In this document: positions 21,701 to 30,049 of the stretch, one piece after another
Position numbering within the stretch: the stretch's first letter is position 1
Layout: each line of letters begins with the position of its first letter
Notes under the pieces: model-generated
Database searches by the model: none
What the model saw: only the letters and a program-made list of their open reading frames with translations
Told to the model about the DNA's origin: nothing
NCBI GenBank assembly: GCA_963663965.2
Contig: CAXXFK010000040.1
Coordinates: 128,365 to 192,364, forward strand
Length of the DNA: 64,000 bases
DNA from: Sedimentisphaerales bacterium
GTDB taxonomy: Bacteria; Planctomycetota; Phycisphaerae; Sedimentisphaerales; SM23-30
Reading direction: 5' to 3'
Translations under genes and position numbers: made by a program

Positions 21701-22106
21701 CTGGGAAACCAATTACAAGGCGGATCAGGAAGGCATCATCACCTTCCGCTATGTCCTGCGACCCCATTCCGGCCCCTTCGATCCGGCCGGTGCCGAACAA
21801 CTGGCACTGCACACCTGCCGGCCGCTCTTGGTCGCCCCGGCCGATCCGTCTCAACCAGCCCCGCAATTCCCCTGGAAGCTCAACAGCAGAGACATCATCA
21901 TCAGCGCCATCAAACCCATCGCACCCGCCGGCACCCTGCTGCGGCTGTTTAACCCAACCAGTGAACCCGCCGTTGCCACCCTGAGCGCCTCCGGCTCACC
22001 GCTCCAGGTCCAACACTGCTCACCCATCGGCGAACCCCTCGAACCGCTCCAACCGCGACTCACTCTCAAACCCATGGAGATCCTCAATATCCGTATCAAC
22101 CAATAA
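18768..22106 (+). CDS. Secreted GH38-like (alpha-mannosidase-like) glycoside hydrolase with an N-terminal PL4 domain-III-like module
   Basis: Signal peptide after RBS AGGAG; IWQIGRAD..AEF module; HQTHLDIGYT, YDEHTWG, WVMNNHWETNY motifs. Confidence 0.8.
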   Translation: MKRLSWLALWLVCALVTMTVQAENTIWQIGRADHSAAEFSLAPSHYQDHTTRFPAGCYYEIGASQPSDDWSYVLPGPRDGWAGSSAHSATIVFALDQAPNANCRLELAFVDTHNYAPPRLHIQVNGQSQTFRLPAGGPDDSINGDYAKGKPAQLNVDLPAGQLVAGNNVIQIVNNDGSWCIFDSLTLKGSDGPSTTAIKPDTRIVNTQTGMFALRGPGDTCLSPVDLTILHTSEPVKVQFQSGNKTLSATTLKRGLNTIQLSIPSVDAETTLPLKLVIPNTAAIQTSVTIQPVRKWEVHLIHQTHLDIGYTHPQEDVLQLQVDHLKKALAYIEASKDYPPEAQFKWHPEGMWAVEEFFRTATDAEKTAFINAARTGHIHLDAFYAQAMTCIYSDEELFELLASAKQFERDYQVPVLSATSSDIPGFAWGAVPVLAQNGVRYFSVAPNRVHRIGHVFDWGDKPFWWQSPSGQEKILFWMSGKDYSHFHGQPIGHRITPQEIMPVLQEMQDKGYPYDLMHLRYNIGADNGPPNPVLPEVVHEWNKKYAWPRLIISTNSAMFQEFEKRYGDQLPTLRGDFTGHWEDGAASTAADTAIDRQARDALVQAQILWTLHNPKGYPYNDFKEAWTNAIMYDEHTWGAWNSISEPDSEFAIRQAVYKQKFALNAAAQTSRLLNQALASEIVGTPSTIDIYNTANWPRTDLVILTADQSRIGDQVIDAATNRTIPSQRLQDGSLAFVAQEVPPLGAKRYQIKSALPLKSGSAQASGHTLSNSILSITVNPDNGAISSLKTKSNNAEWVRPDSAGLNDYLYIIGRDATKNHQLIEGPVTITVQDPGPLVATLVIESGAPGCNKLTRKLRLVDGLDTLAIENITDKLKERRPESVFFAFPLNITGGQWRLDIPWAIMRPERDQLPGANRNFFTMQRWADLSNKRSGLTLVSLDAPMVEFDPIFTRPYSKEDWRTQCQPDQTFWSWVMNNHWETNYKADQEGIITFRYVLRPHSGPFDPAGAEQLALHTCRPLLVAPADPSQPAPQFPWKLNSRDIIISAIKPIAPAGTLLRLFNPTSEPAVATLSASGSPLQVQHCSPIGEPLEPLQPRLTLKPMEILNIRINQ

Positions 22107-22129
22107 ATTAACAAATAAATTCTGTACCA

Positions 22130-22162
22130 TAAAGGGGCATCGTATATGGTGCCCCTTTTTTT
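22130..22162. terminator. Bidirectional intrinsic terminator
   Basis: AAAGGGGCATC-loop-GGTGCCCCTTTTTTT between convergent genes. Confidence 0.75.
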
Positions 22163-22170
22163 ATGAATCG

Positions 22171-23451
22171 TCAAGGCTTCGCCGCCTCATATTCCACCGC
22201 CCCCATATCAACGGTATCCCCCACCAGCCTGGGCTTTCTAAAGAAATCCAACTTGGGTATGAACTCATTATTTCCCGCGTCCCGCGCCGGCGCATCGGCC
22301 TTGAGCCGCAGATCCCGTTTCGCGTAATCCACAAAAAATTTATCATAATCGGTAATCGTCAGATTATGGTCGATCTGCCCCACTTCCAGTTGCGATGCGA
22401 TTTTGGGCGACAGATTATTCCGGATCAGGTTGCCGGTGCTTTCGGTTTTTTTCTTGTGCTTGGCAATCATAATCCACGGCGGCCCCGGCTTGACATCATT
22501 CAAATCCACCACCGTATTATTTATAATCCGGCAGTTCCTCGCCCCCAGCAAGGTGATCCCGTGCCAGTGATCGATCATAATGATATTGTTCACAATCGTC
22601 CAGCCTTCATAATACCCATCAAAACACCCTATCCCTTGCAACGTCCCGCGATGCTTCTGCTTCGGATCGGTATAATTGATGATCAGGTTCCCCTCGATCA
22701 GCACATCCTTCACAACCCCGCTGCCCACGCCCTCCGGCCCTACACTCCACGATTGAATCCCGTCATCATGGTTCTCATCGACATCGTAACAGTTCCGGAT
22801 GACATTATAGCGATACACACAGCGATCGCCCAGCGCCCGCATCCCATCCCCCGAAAAATTCTCGACCGTATTATTCTCAACTATATTATCATTGCCATCC
22901 ACCGAGATTCCATGATCGACATTCAGCAACCGGTTATTCATAATCCGGTTCCGGTCACCCCGGATCAGAAACCCGCTGCACGATTGTTTGACCCAATCCT
23001 CAGCCGACCACTCCGCCGTATCCCTGGCCGAATACAGCAGGCAATTCTCAAATACCAGTTCCGACGCATCCCCTGCCGTATCCACCAGCGTATATGGACG
23101 CTCCATCTTTTCTAAATCCGGCGCGAACTCGATACCTTTAAAATGCCAGTTCCGCGCTTTGCCGGTCCTCAACCGGCTCAACGTCGGATGCTCACCCGGA
23201 TAATTTTCAATCGTCACTACCCCCTCATTCTCACCACGCAGGGTCACCGCCCCATAGTTTCCACCGCGTAAAATAATCCGATCCCCCGCTTTCAACGCCG
23301 CTTTCCCACCCGTCACCTCCTGCAAACTCTGCAACGGCAACTCCAAAGTACCCGGATTATCAGGCCGTCCATGCTCCGGATCCACATAATACGTTGTTCC
23401 CCATACCAGTCCGGGAAAACCTAACCAAAGCAGTATCAAATATTTATTCAT
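22171..23451 (-). CDS. Secreted right-handed parallel beta-helix protein (pectin-lyase fold, choice-of-anchor-Q-like tail)
   Basis: Signal peptide, YYVDP, PbH1-type repeats, NHDDGIQ, terminal DMGAVE; start re-assigned to MNKYL. Confidence 0.75.
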   Translation of the reverse strand: MNKYLILLWLGFPGLVWGTTYYVDPEHGRPDNPGTLELPLQSLQEVTGGKAALKAGDRIILRGGNYGAVTLRGENEGVVTIENYPGEHPTLSRLRTGKARNWHFKGIEFAPDLEKMERPYTLVDTAGDASELVFENCLLYSARDTAEWSAEDWVKQSCSGFLIRGDRNRIMNNRLLNVDHGISVDGNDNIVENNTVENFSGDGMRALGDRCVYRYNVIRNCYDVDENHDDGIQSWSVGPEGVGSGVVKDVLIEGNLIINYTDPKQKHRGTLQGIGCFDGYYEGWTIVNNIIMIDHWHGITLLGARNCRIINNTVVDLNDVKPGPPWIMIAKHKKKTESTGNLIRNNLSPKIASQLEVGQIDHNLTITDYDKFFVDYAKRDLRLKADAPARDAGNNEFIPKLDFFRKPRLVGDTVDMGAVEYEAAKP

Positions 23452-23576
23452 AATCATCACACCATTCGAAAAGTGAATTTTCCAGCATCGCACCTTCAGA
23501 TTCGTTGACTCACGTGCCATACGCCTCAGACAGCCAAACGCCACCTTCTCCAACCTATTGCTCAAGATATGACCCG

Positions 23577-24782
23577 CTATTCAGTATACACCCGGATCGC
23601 CTTAACCGGCCGGGTCGGACAGGCCGCCTGACACGCGCCGCAGCCATTGCATTTCTCCGGATCGATAACCGGAGCAAGGGTATAGCTGGCTTCCGAAAAT
23701 TCGTAGTGAACCGCGCCATAAGGACACCAGCGTTGACAGGCTGAGCATTCCCGGTCATCACCCAGCAGACAGATTTCCATATCAACTTGAGGAAATCCAA
23801 GCCTGACCGCCGGTTTCTCATCCAGTGGCAAAGCCGTCAATGCCCCACTGGGACATACCCCGCCACATGCCACACAGTCTTCCCGGCAATAGTCAGCTGA
23901 ATAATCCAGCACCGGCGCCAGAAAACCCAGTAGACGCTGTTGATCGGTATCATAAGTAATAATCTGGGCCGGACAGACCTTGGCACAGTTCCCACATCGA
24001 ATACAAAGCCCGGCCAAACACGACTCATCAGCCGCCCCGGGCGGCCGCAGTGGCTTCGGCCCCTTTTTACCTGCTCCCTTAGCCAGCGAACCCCCAACCA
24101 CGCCCAACCCCATCGCGATAATCGTACGACGGGCAACGACAACCAATGATGCCTTCTGTTGGCCAGCGTCAGTTTTGCCAGTTCTACTTCGGAGTAAACC
24201 TTTTATTTGCGTTAAAACATCCTGCCAAGCCCCCAGCGGACAGATCCTCCCACACCACACATTTGGCCAGATCACACAAGCCAGCCAGATCGCCCCCAAC
24301 ACAATCACCCAACTCCAGCCGGACAGGCCTCCCGCTGCCGGCGGATGACGCAGCACTCCGGAAAACAGCGCCAGCGGATCCAGCCACAGCAACAATGGAT
24401 AGCCCAGCAATGCCCCGCCCAATGTCAACAGCAGCAGCCAGGGTCCAAACTTAAATCCTTTCAGGCTTTTACGACCGAATCGCCGCCCCAGGTTACTCGC
24501 GGTATCCAGACACAACCCCATCGGACAAAGCCAGCGACAAAACCAGCGCGGCCGCCACACCGTCACTATCCCGATCACCAGTCCCGATAGCGCGAATACC
24601 TGAAACACGCGGGTAGCAATCAATGTTCCAACCGTAACCAGCGGACTCATGGATACCACCGCCGCCGCCACTGAATCCAGCGGTACAAGCCCACCCAGAC
24701 AGCCAATCATTCCCACCAGTGACAACAGCCTGACCACTCGCCGGAAATGTTTCTTTATTATTTTGGGCGCTGGGGTTGTCAA
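23577..24782 (-). CDS. Membrane 4Fe-4S polyferredoxin (NapH/MauN + NapG/MauM-like fusion)
   Basis: CxxxCP motifs in the TM region, LRPPGA, several CxxCxxCxxxCP motifs. Confidence 0.88.
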   Translation of the reverse strand: MTTPAPKIIKKHFRRVVRLLSLVGMIGCLGGLVPLDSVAAAVVSMSPLVTVGTLIATRVFQVFALSGLVIGIVTVWRPRWFCRWLCPMGLCLDTASNLGRRFGRKSLKGFKFGPWLLLLTLGGALLGYPLLLWLDPLALFSGVLRHPPAAGGLSGWSWVIVLGAIWLACVIWPNVWCGRICPLGAWQDVLTQIKGLLRSRTGKTDAGQQKASLVVVARRTIIAMGLGVVGGSLAKGAGKKGPKPLRPPGAADESCLAGLCIRCGNCAKVCPAQIITYDTDQQRLLGFLAPVLDYSADYCREDCVACGGVCPSGALTALPLDEKPAVRLGFPQVDMEICLLGDDRECSACQRWCPYGAVHYEFSEASYTLAPVIDPEKCNGCGACQAACPTRPVKAIRVYTE

Positions 24783-24788
24783 AACCGG

Positions 24789-26152
24789 TTATCCGAGATA
24801 AGCCTTTTGTTGCAGCAGGATTTCCTGAATTTTTTTGATTTCCGCTCGACGGGGCGGGCATTGCTGCTTAACCGCTACCGCGGCCGCCACCCCGGCGGCA
24901 TGACCCGTCACAAAACAATTGGGAATCAGCCGCACCAGATCGGCCATCTGCATTTCCATACTGACACATCGCCCGGCCGCCAGCACATTATCCACTTTCT
25001 CCGGCACCAGCGCGCCATAGGGAATCTGCCATTCTCCATGTTCGGCATTAGACGCGCCGCCCACCCCCACCACATCCGGATATCGAATCCCCTGCTTAAT
25101 CGCATCAAGGCGAATCCGATCCACGCCATCCAGCACCCGCGTTATCCGAACTCCCAACTGCGGGGCGGTTTCCGTAAGATAAACTTTATCGTAGCCGGGC
25201 AGGCTCCGTTTCTTCTGGATATCCTGCCAGATAAATTTCCGGTGGTTCATCTCCATCCGGGTCAGCGTCGCCAGATCCAGGCCATCCTCTTTCGGCCCGG
25301 TCAGGTTAACCCAGTTCACCCCGGATACCGGCGTACGGCCGCCCATCCGGCGCGGCTGCGGCGTATCGCCGGCCTTCTCCCGGTCGATCCGGTCCAGGTT
25401 GCCGATCCGGCACACCAGCCCGATATTATGCATCCGATGCTCGAACTCAGCCCCCGCCGCGGCAAAGATATCGCCATCCCCCGTCGCATCCACCACCACT
25501 CCGGCCCGAATCGCCTGACGACCGGCTTTACTTTCAAAAACCGCGCCCCGAACAACGTTATCCTGTACAATCGCGTTCACCCCCCAGCAATGCAAAAAGA
25601 CCTCGATCCCCGCCTCTTCCACCATTTCCACCATCAGGTACTTGACCGCCTCGGCATCCACCGTCGGATTGCGGCCTTCCCGCCGGTCGATAATCGCCCC
25701 ATCCATCTTATCCAGCCGCTGCATGATCTCCTCGCCAATCCCCTGACACACCTGCTTGGGCCCCTTGGCAATATGCCCCAGAATCAGCAGCACCAGCCCC
25801 CCTGTCCACAAACCCCCAAAATGGCCGTACCGCTCAACCAGCGTCACCTTGCTGCCGGCCCGCGCCGCCGCCAGGGCCGCGCAGATACCCGCCGGCCCGC
25901 CGCCCACTACCAGCACATCCGTCTGGCTGAGCACCGGGATCTCCTGGCGCGGCTGAATAATCCTGCCATCACTGATAATCGCCGGCGACCCGTTATACTG
26001 AACCTTGTCTTTCGCGATCACCGAACTCTGAAACCCACCCGATTCCCCCACACTCTGCCCCGGGCCCCCTCCGCGCCAATCACACCCGCAACAATACCAG
26101 AAACACCCAGATACCGCATCCAGTCTCGACGACTTAGCTTGTTCTCCATCAT
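24789..26152 (-). CDS. Tat-exported FAD-dependent oxidoreductase, frameshifted near 26060
   Basis: DVLVVGGGPAG, DATGDGD, IPYGALVP in ORF 24789-26051; an out-of-frame Tat leader MMENKLSRRDWMRYLG starts at 26152 behind AGGA. Confidence 0.8.
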
Positions 26153-26207
26153 GATTTCCTCAGGTTAGAATAACACACATTTTAATCCAGACGTATATTT
26201 ATATCGC

Positions 26208-26290
26208 GTAGGATGGGTAACCCCCGGTTACCCATGTCCTGGATCCGCCGTGGCGGGCTGATCTAACAAGCCTCGCCGTCAGGCGAAACT
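26208..26290 (+). repeat. GTAG-type REP hairpin plus CCGCC-NN-GGCGG palindrome, copy A
   Basis: GTAG-GATGGGTAACC-CCC-GGTTACCCAT directly downstream of the RAYT remnant. Confidence 0.8.
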
Positions 26291-26490
26291 TCATCTTCAC
26301 ATATCTCTCCGTCAACCGCTTCCCAATTCCATCCGCAATCCCAATCAAACGTGTCATAGCCGCCCTGCTTTGCATAACGATGGTATGTTGACCACTGCCA
26401 TTCACCGGGCTGTTCGACATAGCCATGTCGAACCGGATTAAAATGAATATAATGCAAATGCCTGTCATAGTCAAACGAGGACTTGTGTCG
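26263..26490 (-). pseudogene. 3' remnant of a REP-associated tyrosine transposase (RAYT)
   Basis: HLHYIHFNPVRHGYV..PGEWQWST motif; the N-terminal HUH half is absent. Confidence 0.85.
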
Positions 26491-26683
26491 CACAAAAAAA
26501 TATGGTATTATCCGGTTATCAACACTGTAAATGTACAAACGACAGTCCTTTTACTTGTGTGATCGAGGCTTTAACCTGATTACAGTTGGCAATTTAGTCA
26601 ACCTGCAAGCAATACATAAAAGCGTCATCTCAAGGCTTGTCTAGGTCTCCTGATTAAAAAATCATTATTACATAGGTTCAAAT

Positions 26684-27619
26684 ATGAAGGAATATGTAAT
26701 TGCATTCATCGTTCTTATCTTAAGTTGTGGTTTTCTGTTTGCTGAAAGATCATACACTAATATCGATCTGGTTGGTAAGTACGAATTCCCTTTAATGCTG
26801 GGGGGCACTGTGGAATTTTGCGATAGTGGCATTTGTGTTATTACAATGTTCCCGCCACCACTTTCAGGCAAGGGCTCATTAGTAATCAAAGAAACATATA
26901 ATGTTGTTGGGGATATCATCTACTTCGAAACGATTGAAAAAAATGGACTAGAAGGCGACCATAAGAAAAGCAAACAGCGGATTATCTCACTGAATGAGAA
27001 AGGCTTAAGTCTTATGGATTATTCAAGCGGTAATACCAGACTTTACCGTAAATTGTCTGATATTCACATCAATAATTTAGATCCCAATGCTATCCAGGTT
27101 TCCGAAGAAAAAATTAAAGAACAGATTCTCGCGTGGCACATTGACCTTGCTTCGGAAGATGAGAAAATCAGGCTAAAAGCACTGGATCGTCTCAATCCGA
27201 CATTGGATGATTTGAAAGGATTGCTGGGAGATGATGCAAAACTGATCTGGCCATTTATGGAGAAATGGCTCGTTCAGATGCGAAACAGTAGTGATGAAGT
27301 CCGGAAAGAACGCATCAAACATGGCCCGATCCAATCTATCATATTGATTAATATCCGGACTGACAAAGCCAGTCAGGTTTATGAAAGGGTATTAAAGCGG
27401 ATCCCGAAATCAGTTCCGGTTTATCGGGTAGTAACTAAATATGAAAAAGCAACTACTGGCATCAGCACATTTGTTGTTGTCAACAAGAAACTCAAACTGA
27501 TTAAAGGACTCGAGATAATGCCCGAAGTGATTGATACAATACGTGAACAAAACAAGGATATCAACAAAGAAAGGGATTCTGGTGACCAACCAACGTCAGA
27601 CTCCGGCAATGCTAAATAG
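26684..27619 (+). CDS. Hypothetical secreted protein, AT-rich
   Basis: 311-aa ORF with a signal peptide; lower GC than its neighbours. Confidence 0.7.
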   Translation: MKEYVIAFIVLILSCGFLFAERSYTNIDLVGKYEFPLMLGGTVEFCDSGICVITMFPPPLSGKGSLVIKETYNVVGDIIYFETIEKNGLEGDHKKSKQRIISLNEKGLSLMDYSSGNTRLYRKLSDIHINNLDPNAIQVSEEKIKEQILAWHIDLASEDEKIRLKALDRLNPTLDDLKGLLGDDAKLIWPFMEKWLVQMRNSSDEVRKERIKHGPIQSIILINIRTDKASQVYERVLKRIPKSVPVYRVVTKYEKATTGISTFVVVNKKLKLIKGLEIMPEVIDTIREQNKDINKERDSGDQPTSDSGNAK

Positions 27620-27628
27620 AAATTGCAA

Positions 27629-27684
27629 GATGGGTAACCCTCGGTTAACCATCCCGACCTAAAAAACCTCACCGTCAGGCGAAA
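27629..27684 (+). repeat. REP copy B (degenerate) plus RAYT 3' tail
   Basis: GATGGGTAACC-CTC-GGTTAACCATC then cctc.ccgtcaggcgaaa, as at 26271-26288. Confidence 0.7.
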
Positions 27685-27705
27685 GCTTTTTTAACTTCAT
27701 TTTTT

Positions 27706-28010
27706 CGGCACATTCCGGCCGTAACCAGACACACATAGCAACAACATAAGTCCAATGAAACCGTTTAAATTCATACCCATTCTTTATGCACCCTTTGATC
27801 AAATGAAACTTGCTTCATAACAATTCCCTTTGAGTAACTATGGCCCGGCCCCAGCATCTATCCACGGCCAGAGTACTCTCGTTATTTCAAACTATTATAC
27901 AACCCGCCCTCCTACAAACAAACATTTTTCCCGACATCACCGGCAATCTCCCACACGACCACCCCAACACCACCTAATCGATTACTAACCAGATCGTTGC
28001 AAAAAAGTGC
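27706..28010. repeat. ~300-bp direct repeat, copy 1 (copy 2 at 34005-34308)
   Basis: Shared blocks ccgtttaaattcatacccattcttta, ccctttgatcaaatgaaacttgcttcataa, cacctaatcgattactaac. Confidence 0.85.
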
Positions 28011-28529
28011 TGTTAAAATTCAGGCCATACTGTCGAATATTCCCTTGCCATTTGAGTATGATATAAGGTCTTATAACTATGTAAAACCGCCTTTTTATGG
28101 TGGCACGTCACTTTTTAATCTTCCCGGCTGCTGCGGTTCGTTTGCCCCGGCATTTACACCAATGATTTACAAATGCATAACTGTCTGGAATATAATAGCT
28201 TGAATTCTGAAATGCCGTTTTTAAGGCAGATCGCTTTTAATGCTGATCTACAGAAATGGATCAGAAAAACAAGTTTCAATTCTGACATTAGGGGTATTAT
28301 AAGACCGAATGCTTGAAAATATAAATAATGCTTGTGATCGATGCGAAGTGTTTTATATCAGTTGGTTTTTGGAGTTGTTCGTGTGAATAAGATTTGTGTT
28401 AAGTGGTTATTAAGGGACGTCGATCTTTTACCAGAACCTACAACATTCTCTTTGCGGACTCGTAGTCCGGCGACTCGTTGAATGTTTGTGTTAAAAAAAC
28501 TATTAATAAAGATTATTTAGGAGATTCCC

Positions 28530-29741
28530 ATGAAGAACGCATGTCGTGGAATGATGGTATTGGCGCTCATTGCTATTATGGCGTCCATGTTAACAGCACA
28601 ATCTTCCGATGAACAGAAAGCGATCGAGCAGAAGATTGCCGCTCTCAAGCAGTCGCTCCAGAAACAGATCAATGACAATGCGGACGTTTCACCCGAGATG
28701 AAGGAATTTTCCCGGGAAATTTTACTGCCATTGTGGCAGAACAAGATTTTTGTTGAACAAATCAAGGTTCAAAATGATAAGAAGGTTCCCTTGGATGATA
28801 TCAAGACTCAGGATAAGACCTGGATTGAAGCTGAAGATGAACTGCCTATTCACAAAGAAATGCTGGGCAACGCCTGCGCAAAGGAGATCAAGCGGATCGT
28901 CGCATTGATGCCCGCCATTGGCGAAACCTTTGTCATGGACAATCAGGGAGCCAACGTGGGCCAGAACGCGCTGACCAGCGACTACTGGCAGGGCGATGAA
29001 CCCAAATGGCAGCTGGCTTATAACGACGGCAAAGGTGGAATTGCCATTGAAAAGGAAAAACTGGACAAGTCAACCAATATTGTGGACCAGAAAATTTCCA
29101 TTCCCGTTATCGATGAAAAAGGCGATGTGATCGGTGCGGTCTGTTTTGGTATCAACAAGGCATACGGCCAGGTGATCGGCAAGGTATTGGCCGGCATCAA
29201 TCAATCCGACAAACTCAGTGACCCCGTGAAAAATTACATCAAGGTGAATCTGATCCAGTTGTGCACCAACGCCACACTGGCAAGCGAAATCCAGGCACAG
29301 AACGCCAAGGGTTTGACTCTGGACCAGATTAAGGAAACCGACCAGACCTGGATCAAGGCCGAAGATGAACTGCCCATCCACAAGGAAATGCTGGGCAACG
29401 CCTGTGCCCGGGAAATCATCCGGATAATCAAACTCAATCCGGCCATTGTCGAGGCCTTTGCCATGGACAACCAGGGCGCCAATGTCGGGCTGAACGCGCT
29501 GACCAGCGATTACTGGCAGGGTGATGAACCCAAGTGGCAGAACTCTTTTAACAATGCCCAGGGTGGGATCGAAATCAGCAAAGTAGAGTTTGACAAATCC
29601 GCCAACGCCCAGCTTCAACAGGTTTCATTGCCGATCCTCGACGCCAAAGGTCAGGTGATCGGCGCTATTTGTACCGGTTTGAATACGGATGCCATCGGTA
29701 CGCTGAAACTCGCAGCCGACTGGACCGTTGTCAGCCAGTAA
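28530..29741 (+). CDS. Secreted protein with two tandem PDC/Cache-like sensor domains
   Basis: Signal peptide; two copies of DELPIHKEMLGNAC...MDNQGANVG.NALTSDYWQGDEPKW...VIGA.C.G. Confidence 0.8.
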   Translation: MKNACRGMMVLALIAIMASMLTAQSSDEQKAIEQKIAALKQSLQKQINDNADVSPEMKEFSREILLPLWQNKIFVEQIKVQNDKKVPLDDIKTQDKTWIEAEDELPIHKEMLGNACAKEIKRIVALMPAIGETFVMDNQGANVGQNALTSDYWQGDEPKWQLAYNDGKGGIAIEKEKLDKSTNIVDQKISIPVIDEKGDVIGAVCFGINKAYGQVIGKVLAGINQSDKLSDPVKNYIKVNLIQLCTNATLASEIQAQNAKGLTLDQIKETDQTWIKAEDELPIHKEMLGNACAREIIRIIKLNPAIVEAFAMDNQGANVGLNALTSDYWQGDEPKWQNSFNNAQGGIEISKVEFDKSANAQLQQVSLPILDAKGQVIGAICTGLNTDAIGTLKLAADWTVVSQ

Positions 29742-29769
29742 TTTCCATTTGAAAATTTGCCATTTATCG

Positions 29770-29802
29770 TCCGGCAGAAAACCTTAAAGGGTTTCTGCCG
29801 GA
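29770..29802 (+). terminator. Intergenic hairpin (terminator or stabiliser)
   Basis: TCCGGCAGAAA...TTTCTGCCGGA; no clear U-tract. Confidence 0.45.
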
Positions 29803-29840
29803 TATCCAGTGTATCAATTTATCAAGAGAATCGAATGTTA

Positions 29841-30021
29841 GGAGCCGCGCATAAATAAATACTATATTTATCACACCACTTGTTGTCAGATTCAGTCGCG
29901 CCGATTGAGCGAAACCGCGGGCATAGCTATTATGCTATGTCGAGGATTTCGCGATTGAGAAGCGACTGAAGATGACGGCAAGATGGGATGAGAAATGAAG
30001 GTGTTATTTTTGCGCGGTTCC
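29841..30021. mobile_element. 181-bp MITE, copy 2
   Basis: Same TIRs and TTA(G) flanks as 18534-18714. Confidence 0.85.
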
Positions 30022-30049
30022 TTAGCAACTACCCGAAAGGATAAGGACC

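Noticed and set aside
28438..28490. Nested hairpin upstream of the PDC gene
   Set aside because: Single short structure with no second copy or known motif
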